DNA of 64,000 nucleotides from Podarcis pityusensis (Eukaryota): NCBI GenBank assembly GCA_964106645.2, contig OZ067054.1; one strand, given 5' to 3'. Below, in pieces: positions 46,801 through 61,600 of the stretch (within the stretch, counting starts at the first letter, position 1; each line of letters starts with the position of its first letter). Made by a program: the position numbers and the translations under genes. The notes below the pieces were generated by a model that did not search any database, was not told the origin of the DNA, and was given only the letters and a program-made list of their open reading frames with translations.

Positions 46801-49800
46801 AGAGCCTTGATGGATCAGGCCAGAGGGCCCACCTTAGTCCAACACTTTGTTCCAACAGTGGTCAGCCAGATGCCCAAAGGAAGCTTGCAAGCACTCGCCC
46901 CACCTGCCACTCCCAGCAGCTGGTCCTCACTCAAGGCAAACTCCCTCCAACAGCACAGCCACCATGGCGAGTAGCCCTTGTCTTTGAACCAAAGGATTAT
47001 AAACCTGCATACCAGCATCTCTTGTGTCAATAATGAACTCTGAAGGTTCAAATGTCCGTCCCTCGCTGAGCCCTGGGCCAGAGACCCTGACGCGGCTGGC
47101 ATCACCAATTTCAGACTGGCTGATCATCACCGTGATGGGGCTGTTAGGGATGTGCAGCCCATTCTTCTTGATGTTCACAATGTGCTCTCCAATCTCTTTG
47201 GGGACAAAAGAAATTCCTACAGAAAGATGGGGTGGAAAAGAAGAAGCAAAAGAGAATCATTATGCCTAGATAATCTTTTCTTCTACCCATGAGCTCTGCC
47301 AATCGGCTTGGGACATAACCAGAAAAGTGGAGGTCTTCTCGGTCACTCACCAACATGCCCATTGCGTAGGTGTTTGAGCAGACAAGGCTCCTCACGACCA
47401 GAAGGTGGGATCACAGTGGCTGTCAGCTGGCTCAGGTCCGTCTCAGTGATGTTCAAGGGGATGTCAGCAGAGGAGCCCACTTTGAGATGGGACATGCGCA
47501 TCGTGTCATCTCCTGCAGAAGCAGAGAAAGGCAGGCATTGTGCCGTCAAGGTGGGCCTGCAGCCTACCTTCTCCTTCCCCTTCAGTGTGAGCTTACCACC
47601 CGCCCCCTTCTTTCCTTAATTAGCCCAGGTGGGCCGGCCCCAGATCTCACCAGTAATCTTGGCAGTGAATGGACTTCCTGGGATGTGTTTGTCATTGTAT
47701 TTCACCAATATGTTGTAGTCGCCAGGCAGAACGGGAAGATACGACACCGTGCAAGTGCCATCCTGGTTATCAGTGCAGCCAATCTCAGCTTTGGAGGGGC
47801 CTTCGATGGCCAGAGAGAGGCCACCTGGAAACAAGCAGAACATCAGACGTCAAGCACGGGGAGATCCATTAGCCCTAGTGCCCCAGTAACTGAGCCAGCC
47901 CCAAAATAGGGCAGCGTGCTCCTGTGCTGAAAATCAAGGCAGACCCCCCCAAAAAAATGTGTGTGTGTATGTGTGTGACTATACAAGTTTGCATATTTGG
48001 TTTTGCTAGGCATCTCAATAACAGATTTGTTAAGAAGAGCACACAATCCTAAACCTATTTTCGCTGCTGCTTCCCTGCAGCAAGGAATGGAGGGATCAGG
48101 CAGCTACTGTGTGCATTTACACAGAACAGAAGCATCAACAGCCTTGCCCAAATGGCCAGAAAACCAGAGGGCAGGAGCAGTTCCAAGCACCAAGTGGACC
48201 TTGTGGACTCACCTTCTCCTGCATCTTTTGTGTTGACGGTGAAGACTGCTGGCTTGTTGACTACCCCATGGATGAGTCCCGGTCCATAAGCAGTCACGTG
48301 GCCACTGTTGACGTAGTCCACATAGAACTGCAGTGGGCTACCTATGGAGGTGGGAGGAGGGTATGGCGTCAACATCTTTCAGATACCTACTAGCACACAT
48401 TTAGTTGCTCCAACAATGTGAGCTTGGTAATTTCAGAGCCAAACACCTTTTTGTGTGTGTTACCTGGGATGTGCATGTTGTCGTAACGGATGTCCATCTC
48501 ATGCAAGCCAGCCTCTGTGGGGGCGTAGCGCACTGTCACTGTGCCATCCTTGTTGTCTGTGATGTCTGGCTTTGCCACCTTGCCAGAGGGCATGCGCACC
48601 TCACCTGTGGGGAGGGAGGAAACCACAGAAAGCATTTTTAAGCTGGTGGGGTCTGTTCACCAGCGTAGAAATGCAAGGACCCAGGCACCTGTTTTTTGCA
48701 AGGACCCCGGAGAGGACATTTTAAGGGGATCTGGATTAAAATCACTGGTCCACAATTCACTGGGCTTAGCTAGCCACTGGATTCATGTAAAGCTGTAATT
48801 CCATCTACCTTTCATAGAGCTGTTGAAAGGAGAGACATTTAATATGCTGCAATCCTAGGAGTTTGAAAAACTGAACTGGTTTGGCAAAGCTCTATTTGCT
48901 ACACCATCAACAGATTAATTTGAGGTGAGGAAGTAGATAAGCTTTCTAGATGGTTAGACCTGGATAGGTTGGACTAAGAGGTTAGACTTTGGGTCCCTCC
49001 CAGCTCCATGACTCTTAGAGATAAAAATATGCTACCAAGGATGGAGACATGCTTAAGATCTATATCCAAATCCTTATATACAGTAGGCCAGGTCCTAAAC
49101 CACTTTGGTCACGTCCCCCTCCCATCCCATTACCTGTGATCTCTCCTTTCTTGATGGTAAAAGGAATGACCAAGTCGAAAGGCCGCAGTCCGGCATCCAG
49201 TCCATTGACAGGACGGTCTGTTGCCTGGAAAAGACAGAGGCACCCCCAAACCCAACACAGCAGTGAGAATCGTTTTTGCTTTTTCGAGAGCCAGACAAGA
49301 CAAGGAGGGATGGGAAGAAATGGCAGGAGTTCATAAACAGCGATGGAACATGGAGCAGACAAAGACAGACTTTGAAAAGCCACCAGGTACCAGACAGTCG
49401 GGGGAGAGAAAGAGCGTGTAGACAGGCAAGCTGGCCAGGAAGCCACCTGAGCTGTTGCATAAAAATGGATTTGGTGGACCTTCTTCCCTTTAAATGCTTT
49501 TAAATTTCAGGTTTGCTTTGGTAAGTTTGTATTGCAAACATTGGCTTGGGAGAGTTTTGGAGTCAGATTCTTGAACTAAGCACAATGCTGGGTTCTGAAG
49601 TGGAGCTCAGCAGTCATTTTACATACTGAGAGAGCCATTCCAACAGCTGCTCAGTGCAGAAAGAGGTCCTGGGACTCAACACACTCAAGCTGGCAAGAGC
49701 CAGAACTCGATTTTGGTTTTGTTCCTAGTTCCAGAACACATTTCTGGAGAGATGACACTTATTCCCCCTGCCCCCTTTCTATTTCATGGTGGGTTTAAAC

Positions 49801-52800
49801 AGAAGCTGAGGGAGTTTGGTTTGGTTTTAGAGCTGTTTCAGGAAGCATTCCCAATGGGGTGGCATTCACTGTAGTATCTGGGAGTTGCACAAGTGGAAAG
49901 TAGGGCAGTTGCTTCTGTGCAGCACATTCTGTCATGGCCCTGTCATTTGGTAGCTGAATATTTCATCCACAGGAGAAAAACTGAATGCCAGTTTTATGAT
50001 CATCAGCTGAAAAGGTCAGCACTGCAAGGCACTAATGCAGAAAGGAATTACCACTCTACAACACTGCACTGCCCCCATTTGTTTGGCAGTGATTGTCCCA
50101 AATGTGGCTGTGTTTCACTGGAGTGGAATCCCACTGATGTGCAGCCAGCTGTTGCAGCACAGTTGGGGAACCTGTGTGACCCTCCAGATATTGCTGGACT
50201 ACAACTCCCATCATCCCCAAGCACTGACTGTCCCAAAGAAGCATCCTTCTTTGCATCCTGGAAAGGTGAACATCACACAACCTGCCTGAGATATGACTTG
50301 GCAGACCCTCCCCCCCCAAAAAAAAGAATGGAGGTATTGACAAGGACGACATACAAAGCACAGATGGCCCCCCTCCCCAGCATCAAGAGAGAAAGGGATG
50401 TGACCTCAAAGACAAAGACACCCTGGGAAAAGCCCCGATCCGGTCACATTCTGGGGGGTCTCTTCCCCCCTTGGAATTCAGGTGTGGGAGAGGCCAAGCA
50501 AGGGTGGGGGAGAAGAGGTGCCCATAAAGTTGCTTCTGAAAGCAGCCCACCTGCGTTAGCATCAAAGCAAAGTTGGGGGCAAGAGAGAGAAGTGATGAAG
50601 AGTCTGCACAGGGCATCAGACAGACCACCCAAAAGAGCCACAAAGCCCACTGCTTGGATTATTGTGGGGCACTTGCAGGAGCAGAGCCATTGCCCCACCC
50701 CACAAAAGCTTTCTGCACAAGCAAAGGAAGCAGAGTTTCAAACTGCGTTGATTCTGCTCTGATTCTCTTCCTAGTTGACACGATGACTTCTAGCATTGGA
50801 CACCGTGTGTGTGTGTGTGTGTGTGTGTGACTCACAGCTGCTCAATAAAAGGCAGCTATTTCCAAGGATTGTAAGCCCAAGATCACAAAGTTTGTGGAAA
50901 TGGTGAATTGTCTCCTGGCTCAGTTCTTTTTTTCTTCTTTTTTTTTAAAGTTGCTGCCTCAGAAAAGGTGGTCTTGAAACTTAGTGACTTTCCCACTCAA
51001 TGAAGGAATGTCCTCTAGGCCATCCCTCCTGATGAGGCTTCCTCCAGATCCCAGACCCAGGGGACATGGGACCATTAGCCCTTTGGCCCCACCGTAGTTT
51101 TGGTCTGGGTTGGTGGCCCCCCTTGCTTACTCTTCCACTTTGGAAACAAACAAACAACTGCGAGTTTTGTGAATGGCACTGTGTCTAGTTCGGCTGCAAG
51201 CACAAACAGATTCACAGCTTGCCTGTAATGCCAAGGAGAGAGACCTGTAGCTCAGTGACAGGCAACCTGCTTTGTGTGCAGAGGGCCTCAGAATTTCCAG
51301 AGAAAAGGAGGAGGTTGCTGCTGCTGCTGCTGCTCCTGGGAAGGAAACCCAACTAGCAGATGCTCCTCAGGAGCTCTGGCAGAAGAGATCATTGGGGTTA
51401 GATCCGGGTTTCCCAAACTTGGGTCTCCAGCTGTTGCTGGACTACAACTTCCATCACCCTTAGCTAGCAGGACCAGTGCTCAGGGATCATGGGAATTGTA
51501 ATCCAAAAACAGCTGGAGATCCAAGTTTGGGAAACCCTGGGTTAGATTATTCTGTTTCCACCAAGAATCACCAAAAATGGAAAAAAACCCCAATAATTTG
51601 AACATCAGTTTCAACAACTCTCAGGGCAAAGGCAAGTGCTGGAGCCTTTCCTGGGAGTGGGTTTCCATTTCTTGGCGCACGTTCTAACCCATCTGCAGTT
51701 TCCAGATGTGGGTTCATAATCTAACCCTGCCACCAGATGTTTTTGTTTAAAGGAGCAGGGAACCTTTGATCTTGCGACCTCAAGCAGAAAACCAGCTCCC
51801 CCCTCCCAAGCAGTGGCAAACAGCGCAAAGCAGAGGCGGCTGAATTCCATGGGGTTCTCCCCCCACCCAGAATGCCCTGGGCTAGCTTTTCCTCCAAGAA
51901 ACTGAACTGTTACTGCCGGTCCCCAGGGCTGCTGTGCACCAGGTGGATATGCGTAGGGTGGGGCCCGCATCGACTGGGCCATCTGCTGGGGGGTCGTGCG
52001 CTCGCCATCCAGGGCCTGTGGCGGGAATGGGGCAAGAGCGTTAGAATGGACCAGTGGAGAGGCCGGCTCAGGGCCAGGACAACCCTGCCATGCTTCCATT
52101 TCAGAACTTAAAACCACAGGAACAGGGGAAACAGCCCAGTGGCCCTTTCTGGGAAGCCTGCTGCCATCATGTCATCCCATAACCATCATCTCCCCGGGAC
52201 ATGTCCAGCCCCTTTGCAAAAACAGTAAAAAAAAATTTTTTTTAAGAAAAAACCTTCAGTGCTCGGTCATTATTGCACAAAACAATCCAATCTTCTCTCA
52301 GATACTAGCTCTTTGCCAGAGGATAGTATCCCACACATATCTCCCACAGCAATATGGCAACATAGGGCACCTATGGTTGTTTTGAGAATTATTTGCTTCA
52401 GAAAGGGCTTGAATCTGGCATCCACACACCCCCCCTCACCCAAAGTAGTAAACAATCAATGGAGCTAGGAACTTGCTTTTCAAAGGAAACCTAAGTTTAG
52501 ACGTTCAGAAAACCAAGCTTGGTATGTCTAACTGTGCTATAACATAGGTACACCAGGAAAAAGGTGATGGGGAGTGACAGCACCCCTGTGAGCCCCCACC
52601 CAAAAATAATGTCTGCAATCATAGAAGCCACACACTCTGGTGCAAAGTATTTCAAGTTTGCATGTAGCTGAAGTATTGTATGACCAGGCCTGCACAAGGA
52701 AACCAATTCTGTTTGCCAACGCAAAATAATGATCTCATTGCCTGAAACGCACATGTTGCAACGTGGTGCCAATTTATGTCTAGAGCAGAGAGACAGCCCA

Positions 52801-55800
52801 AAAATGTGGCCTGTGGGTTGAGAATGGGGTTTCTCCTTTTGCACACAAAAAGCACAGGAAACTGCAATGCTAAAAAGTATTCTGGCTACTTTAAGGGATG
52901 GTCACACACACTTTATAACTCTCAGGGATAGAGCTGGAGGTATGGGGGGGGGGGGAGAATACCCTGCTGAATGAATTATGATCTGGATTTTCTATCATAG
53001 CCATTCTATTCCCTAGGGAGGGATTGTGCCATTTTAAGAAGCCTGCATGAAGTGGATGCAAATAAATGACTAGAAGAGTTAAGATAGGCAGGACTTATTT
53101 TATTCTGCAGAGACACTTTGTAGGGGGCGGGGCAAGAGAACTCCAGAAAATAAGGTAGGTGCTAGCATATTTGCAAAACTAAGCAGGGTCCGGTATGGTT
53201 TCCAATTGGATGGGGAACCTTGATCCTGCATTGCAGGGGGTTGGACTAGATAACCCTTCGGGTCCCTTCCAACTCTGAAATTCTATAATTCATGGGTATG
53301 AGCTACTACTGTGATGTAGTACTGAATTAACAGCAGAACTAGGGTAAAAGAACACACAACACACAGAGCCTCAGGGAGAAAAAATGTTCTGGGCCAGTCC
53401 TGGTTGCGATCCTAGGCAATTTTTTCTGGGACTCAGCTAGGTCTATTGAACTCAGTAAATTTCCAAGATGCCCAGCGCTGACTGCAAGTGCTATAAAAAT
53501 GTTAAGGATGAAATGGAGGTGGGGAAGAAGAATATTAAGGGTTTTTGTTGCCGGTGATGCTTTTAACAGAGTTAAAGCAGAAGTTCAGTTGTGCAAGAAA
53601 TCTGTGCTCAAGTGGAAAGACTCCAGTTTCTTGGCTATGAGGTGGGGTAAGAGAGGAAGAGGAAGAAATCAGGTTCAAAAATGCTTTCCACTGAGTCAAA
53701 ACTTCCCTGGCGGAGGGACATTCGCTTGCTTGTTTCTAACACACACAAGACAATGCCCGTAAAGAAAAAAGGGACACTGTCCCTTCCCAACTGCTTCCTC
53801 CCTTCCTCCGCTTTCTGTGACTGAGCCAGAGGGTTCCTTTTGCATTGGAACCTGGAAAGAGTGAGTAATGCATTAAACAGGAAGGCTGGGTCTACAAAAG
53901 CCAACCAATGAGTCACATGTTACAGCAGGACAAGTTTTGTGTGTGCGTGCATGTAACATTTGTGTGCAAGTTCCTAGCTCTCATTTTTTTAAAAAAAACA
54001 CAAAACACATTTTTTGGATCTTTCACATCGATGCAATTTGAATGTAACAGATTTGATGCTGGGCTCCAGATAAACACATTGTGCAGAATACGGGCTTATC
54101 CACACTTACTTTCCCTCCACTTTTTCTAGGCATGGTGTCCAAGCACCTTCTTTTTGCTCACGACTTTTCCCCACGGAAACCCACTCTTTAAGAGGCAGGT
54201 TTAGGGAAGCGTGGCTGATTTGGCTGCCCTGGGCATGGAGCCTTGGGAGCACAACTATTACACAGAAGGCAAGAGGTGGGGAGTGCGCCAAATTTTGGTG
54301 TTGCACAGGTTGACGCTGAAATTGGGGGCCCCAAGGTCTGCCACTGCTTTAAAGCTCAATTGGAGCAAACAGCAATCCGCAGGAAACCCAAATCGACCTT
54401 TGCTCCGATTGAGCACTAAAGAGCGGGTTTTTGTGGAGAAAGCTCCAGGCAAAGAGAGAGAAAAATACTCTGACATACGAGTTTTTAAGCACGCTTATGC
54501 CTGGAGGAAAAAGTAAGTGTGGATAAGCCCTCAGTCAGTAGAATTTGCACCATTTCAAGGAACCCTATTTTTTCAAAACAGAAAAAGATCATTAGACAGA
54601 GGGGTACACTAAAATCACATGCTGCTGTACACTTACACCGGGTTCCACCCCACATTGTGGGTGCCCAGCGCATTACACGCATGTCATCACACGGCCTGAG
54701 GGGGGCTGATGGGGCCCAACGGGCCCTCCTGTGGCTGCAACGAGCCCCATTGTGCCTCAGTGCACCATGAAATGTCATGCGTGCGCTGCGTTGGGGTGCC
54801 CCCCGGCACCCAGTGAACATTTTGTGGGTGCCTTGGCACCCAGGTCCCCCCAGAAATGGCCCCTATGCTGCAATGCTACACCACAGGCAGGGAGTGTACA
54901 TGGAGAAGCCTTCAAAAATGCAATTTCCCACCTGCAGATGAGAATTCTGCTACTTCTGAGTAATGATCCCTTTTACTTGATCTCCTCACCACACAAATAA
55001 GAGCAGAGGGAGCAAATATAGATTGTTTTTACCATTAAGGGGTGTATAAATTTTATGAAATAACAAGATAAACAATCTATACATCAGAGCAGCACAGCTT
55101 TTTCTGCCACCTAGTGCACATGTATCCTCCCCAGGAGTGAGCAGGGGGCTGCCCACTCGATTATTCCGAAGCAAACTGAGGCGTCTGCTCCTGCAAAGAG
55201 TGCCTAAAGGCAAGAAACAGAGCAAGTCCTACCCGGAAGTTACCATCCCCCCACCCCTCAAAAAGCAGCAGGTTATAAAACTGGACATACCAATGATCTG
55301 TTTAAAATAATATGTGTCTAGCCCCCAAGACTGCAATGTGGCAAAATCTGAGGCTGAGGTGGAGTTTTCAGCAGCTTTTGTGTAAGGCAGCTGGGAGCAT
55401 TCTGTATGCTCTGCTGCACTGCACAGAACTTCTCCCTCTGCCTGTGCTCTTATGACCCCCTCTATTTTGGGGGCACAGGGGGAACAACCACTATATTTCT
55501 AATCTGATCATGGATGCAATTTCTTCTAAAAAAACCCCAACAACCCCAATTAGTCTGACCACAGCCTCCTTTCTGCAGGATTTTTTATTTTTGCCATTCA
55601 GAACATGCAACCCTAGAGCAAACAAGCAGAGCCCAGAACGTGTAATTCTCAGATCTAGAATGCACATGACCTTTTTTTAAAGAAGGGGACTCACCTCCCA
55701 CTTCCCATGTATGTATATATGTATGTTAATTTGTGTTAACCAGCTCAGATGTAGCCCAGGGCTTAGATCTGAACTCAGTGCCAGGAGGACTGTTCCATCT

Positions 55801-58606
55801 AACATGTCACAAGTTTTGGGACAGACACACAAGAAGTATCCGAAACAAAGACCGAGCTCCTTTGCTAATACTGCCCCCGCTCTTTCAGGTAAAATCATCT
55901 CACCACCACAGTTCTGGGCTTCTAAGTCAGTATGGCAGGAAGTTCCATTATCACTCATTTAAAGGAGGCAGAACTACCGCAGGACAAGACTTGACCTTGC
56001 ACACATGTATGAGCCTTCCAACATCAGCACCGTGCTAGCCACAATCGCATTAGGCATTAAACCCTTTGCTGAACCAGACACCTCTGGCCACATGCTGCTC
56101 CCTGGTCACCCCAAGACTCACCGTAACCTGGAAAGGACTGTTGGGAATGTGCTCTCCTCCAAAGCGCACACAAATGACATATTTGCCTGGTTGGGGCGCC
56201 GTGTAGAAGATGTCAAAGGTGCCGTCCTCATTTTCCACCACATCCACGTCCACCTCTGTGCCATCAGGAGTGCATACTGTGCAAGTCACCTTGCCCTTCC
56301 CGGCAGCCTTGGCATCCACCGTGATCACCGTCTCCTCACCAATTTGGATGGTGGGCCCAATGCCGGCTCCTGGCAGAAGGGAAAGCCAATGAGGAATGGA
56401 GAACTTGAGTCCAATTCCCAACTCCTTCCCATCATGCACCATGGGTCTCCCTAAGCTCCCAGCCTCTTATACCAGCTGACATGGCCTCATGGGGACTTTG
56501 AGACAGAGGACAGGTTGACCAAATTGTGGGGGGACCAATATTGCACAGATGAATTAAGCCACTGTAGGTCAAAACAGAGCACCTTACCAATGGGCTATAT
56601 TCACCCATTCAGTTGCAGGTACAAGTGGTCAGTTTGATTGTATAAACCCAAAGGCCTTCACAATGGACGACAGAATAAAAGGAAACTTTGCAAGTAAGAA
56701 AACACAGGCTGGAACACTAGGGCCAGTTCACACTTGCTGGTGGACCCCACGCAAGCTCTTTCCAGGAATCCTTGCATTCACATGAGAGGCCTGCATTTGC
56801 AGACACCACAATTTGCTCAAAATGATGGCTGTTCCAGCCAATACCAAAGCCTGGTCAGCAGTTAAGTTTTCGGCAGGACAATGTTTAGAACTCAGCCAAG
56901 ATATGTTACCCATCCACCACTATCTACTAGAGACTCTTCCCCTGATGCACCTCAGTGGCTCACTCCCATTTTCACATGTGCTTATGCAAGGGAGAAGGTG
57001 ATTGAGGTGCAGAGGAGAGGCTGTCAGAGCCCCCACACCAATTGTGTTGAGGTGGGGGTTAAAAAACCCTTCCAGCTTGCACAGGAGGCTGGGAGCTGGA
57101 TCAGACCCAACTCTTGCCATCTGACACCAAGCCCCCAAAGAAACAGTCAGATAACATTACATTTTTTAAAAAGGACTAAAGCAAGATGGAGTTAGGGCAA
57201 CTAAAGCCATGATTGGACCCCAGCAGCAGCAGCATTGGTTGTTCATAAAGCAAGGGATGTTACAGCTTTGGGTAACTAGGGGTTGGCCAATGCCAAGGAA
57301 GTGCTTGTTTTCACTGAAGAACGAACCCTATGCAATCAAAGCACAAGAGGAGATTTTGAGCCACAGACTTTCAAACTAGCTTAAAGGCAGCCAACATGGT
57401 GCCCTCGAGCTCCCATCCTACCTGACCAATGGCCACAGAAACTGGAGCCAATGGGAGTTTGCCCAACAAGATCTGGAAGGCACCACAGTGGGTTAATCCT
57501 TCTTACAGAGAGGGCTCTGGCTTAAAGAGATTTCCAAAAGCAACAACACTGTTAACAAACAGAGAAGCTGCTGTAAATATAATGTTTGGGTTCTCCCCTC
57601 ATCACATCAAGTTCAAGCTGAATCGAGATTTCTATTGTTGGCTTAGGTTCCTATTGTAAAATGGCAAATCATGATCAGAGCTACACACACAATAATAAAA
57701 ACTGGGCCCCTAGTGCTGGCTATGAGAGTGTGTTTTTGGGAATGAGTGCTGGGAAGGGGAAATGTTTAGATTTATGTCCAGCCAAATTTGACTCCTAAGC
57801 CCTCTGGATAGCAAAGACAAGCCGTGGGCTACCAGTTTGCCTGTCAAGCTGCTTGGAGGATGCAAGTGGGGGGAGAGAGAGATGAGATAGTGCATGTTTA
57901 GGCACCAGGCAAAAACATTCCTCTTTACCCAGGCCTATGGCTATGGCCCACAGCCTGGAAAAATGCGGGGGGGGGGGGGAGGACTGTTATTATGATGACT
58001 ATTTTATTATTAGGCTGTCTGCCAGTATGCTTTTTATTATGTTTTTATCACTGATGTTCTGTAATGTGTCATTAATAAAGGACAGTATATAAATTGAATA
58101 ATGATGTTTCTTCACTGTGGTCTCGGGCTCTATCTGCAGCTTATGACTCCTCTAATCTACTCAGGAAGACCATGAGGTGTTATTTTCCCCTTACACTTGG
58201 GGTGGGGAACCTAGCTTCCCTGAAGATGGCAACCACTTATCAGTTTCCCTGGTCTGAAGCTGCTGCCAGGAATTCACCCCGATGACCTTTCCAGTGGGGG
58301 CACCTAGGCTGCGGAATGCCCTCTCCAAAAAGACTCGCCTAGCACCTGCACTGATCTTTTGGATGATAGGAAAAGACATTTCAATGCTCCCAGGGCCTTG
58401 GCATTTAAAAGAAGTGTTGCTGCTCTGTTGCTTTTGCTTTGGTTTGATGACATTTTCATCCCCCAAAAAGTTTTTGATTTGAGTTTCTACTGAAATGAGG
58501 CTGCATTTTAATGTTGTATTTTAATCTTGTTTCAAGTTGTATTTTAATCAATTGTTTTATACTTGGTATTAGCCACCCTGAGCCCGATCTTGGCTGGGGA
58601 GGGCAG

Positions 58607-58651
<45 letters not shown>

Positions 58652-61600
58652 TTATTCTGTAGTTTTAGATTTGTATGTGTTACAGTTTTAGCCTCTTATT
58701 CTTGTGAACTGCTCAGAGTTTTCAAGCTATTTGACAGTATAGAAATGTGGCAAACAAAATCTGTTCACGTGCCTGATACAGACCTCTGAAGCACACTTCT
58801 TGTGGAAAGCCAAGACAACGTCAACAAGGACTCCCACAAACCTAAGTGGTCACCTGAGCCACCACAATGCTTGCAACATGCCTGCCTGTAGACAGAAGCC
58901 TTCCCCAGAGTTAAGAAACATGCATGTACCTGATCCATTTCCTGATTCACAAGCTCACGCCCCTCATTAGGCAAGCACAGCAGGAGATGGAAGATGGAGA
59001 GGGAGGCAACGGGTAGGAGAGGACTATTTGGGGAGGCAGGGAGGGTGGAGAGAAGGGGGTGGAAGGGGGAAATGTACCATGACAGCCATAATCCAACCCA
59101 CCACTAACATTCAGATCCACCTCCTTGCTTCCTATCAATGGCTAGGGCTGCAGAAAATGCAAGGCTTCCAGCTCTCCCTCCCCCTCCCTAATAGTTCCCT
59201 CTCTTCTGCCTCTGAAGCAGAGACTTAGTTCACAGCAATCCTATCCTGTTGTAAGAAGCAAAAAGTGAACATGTTCCAGCAGGGGCAAACTAGTGGCTCA
59301 TCTCTGCAAGTAAAAAACTGAAAAATGAAAAAGAAAGGAAGGACCCTGTTTTGACCCCTAGCATCTTTGCTTCAAGGAACACCTTCTCTAGCAGGTCTGC
59401 AAAAGGCCTCTGCCTGGGACCCTGAAGAGCCACTACTGATTTCAATAGTCCATAATGGGTTAAGACAAAGTACGGGCCCCAACTGCCTTCATGTGCGCTA
59501 CTTGTAAAGCTGGCATTCCCTTATGCTGGCACAAGTCCTATCATTCAAACTCATCATATGTTTGCTGAAAGTGGAACAGGTATCAAAGGGAGCTACTGAA
59601 AACAGTTCTTGTTTAGCAGCAAGCGCAGGGGAGATCATTTTTTTAAAAGCTCAAAACAAACAACAACTAAAGCAGGGCTGTGTCCCTTCAGATATAGGGA
59701 CTACAGTTATCATCCCTGGCCACTGGGCCATGCTGGCTATGTCTGGGAGGAGGTGCACCACTGCAAGTGCCACAGCCTCCCCCCCCCCCCCCCAATCCCT
59801 GAACCAGAAGCTTTAATCAGTGGCACTGCACTTTAAGCGCCCGCCTGATCATTTTGGTCCTGGCAAGGTTTTAACAGACCAAGGAATACATATGCTTCTT
59901 TTATAGCCTAACCAGGGAAATGGCAGCTTTTATCCAGGTTCTGTGAAGTTCTCTATTAGCAACTGACCCAGTTTTCAGCAGGCACCTGCTTTGAGAACAA
60001 GAGGTCCCTTCCAGATGGAGCAGTCCAACCAGCCCTTTGGGCAGGGAAGCCTGGCTGCCCTCTCCTCTCTGACCTGGGGCAGAGGTGGAGCCCAATGCCA
60101 GTGTGAGACCATGCAGCAGAAAAAGAAGCAGCGAGAGCAGGCAGGCAGGCAGGCATACTTGGGGTGGGGGAAGGAAGCCATTAGCAAGCTGCTTACCTAG
60201 CCCATGACCTCCAATCGACACTGAGGTGAAAGGGCAAAGAGCAAGGGTAATCAGAGTGAGACAAGAATCACACGGAACAGTGCACAATTAAAATAAAACA
60301 CAGGAGAACGTAGGCAATGTGGCATTTCCCTCCCCACGGTGGGTGAGCGGTGTGGCCGGATGTGCCCGGCAAAAAGCAATCAATGTGGTGGGAGGGCGTG
60401 GCATTATTTTAGCGTGGCTCGCCCCACCCTCCAGCAGCCCTCACCCCCCAAGACCCTCACCTGGGAGGAGCGCTCACCTGTGACGGTGCACTTGCTGGCG
60501 TCGCCAGTGGGCAGGGCCCGGATGCGGTACGGCGAGTAGGGGATCTCATCCCCACCGTACTTGATGAGGATAGTGTACCGGCCGGTCATGTCTGGGACAT
60601 ACGACACAGTGTAGGTGCCATCTTGGTTGTCACGGATGGTGGCTTTTTTGGGCTTGCCCTCAGGATCCTGGCCACGGCACAGCCCAGGAAGGGGGGTTTA
60701 GAAGGAAGGCAAGCATTTCAAGTTAAGAGGCGGCAACTGCAGCAGCCATTCAAAACCTAGGTCCCTGCCCCAAGTTGTTATGGTCACGAGAATCTGACAG
60801 GAATTTGTATGAGTGAAAACCCACTTGAACCCAGTATGGCACAAGAAGGACAGCCGCCGTCATGAGCATTTCTTGCTGTTACATAGGAAAGCACTGAAAG
60901 GACATTTTATGTTTAAAAGGGGGGGGGGGCTGAGCAAGGCATGAATGAACTGGGATACCAAGGAGGAGTTGTGAAATTGGTCAGTGACCTACACAAAACC
61001 CTTGTTGTGCTTTAGATGCAAGCTCAGCTTAAGGCTTGCCACCACTATAGACCTCTGGTTCAAAATGAGTACTGAAATCTACTGTCTTGCTGCAGTGGGA
61101 TCCTCAGGAGTCAAGAGACTCTCACCAAGTGCAGAGTTGGTGGCCCTTCTAAGTATAGGATGAGAAGGGTAGCCTGAGTCAAGGGCAGAAAGCTCTGGAA
61201 AATGAACAAGGCAGCGTTTTCTGCCATTTGGAAGTGTTATCAAAGCTCCCACTCCTGTACAAGACAGCAAGTATGGCTATGTGACCATAGGGCTTATAGA
61301 AATCAGTGAGGATGTTGCCACAAGGCAGTGCCACCACGTGACTGAATGAAGGAGCTCACAGTCCACCTGACTGCAGCTTATGTGTACCTTCAGACTTGTC
61401 CCATATTTTCCACATCATCTCCCATTGATTTCTCCCCCAAGTATCTACCGTGGAACCGACCCCTCTGCCCTGAAGGCCTTCTCACAACAACCCCCAACCT
61501 GCATTCATCTCCCCTTTGGACATTGTTCCACTTACGGTGATCTGGACGGCCAGCAAGCCCTCTCCAGCATCCTTGGCATCAATTGTGAACTCCACAGGCA

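Noticed and set aside
49893-50762. 289-aa + strand ORF antisense to FLNA intron 32
   Set aside because: Non-ATG start, runs through a MITE remnant (~50165-50230), no recognisable domain; most likely chance.
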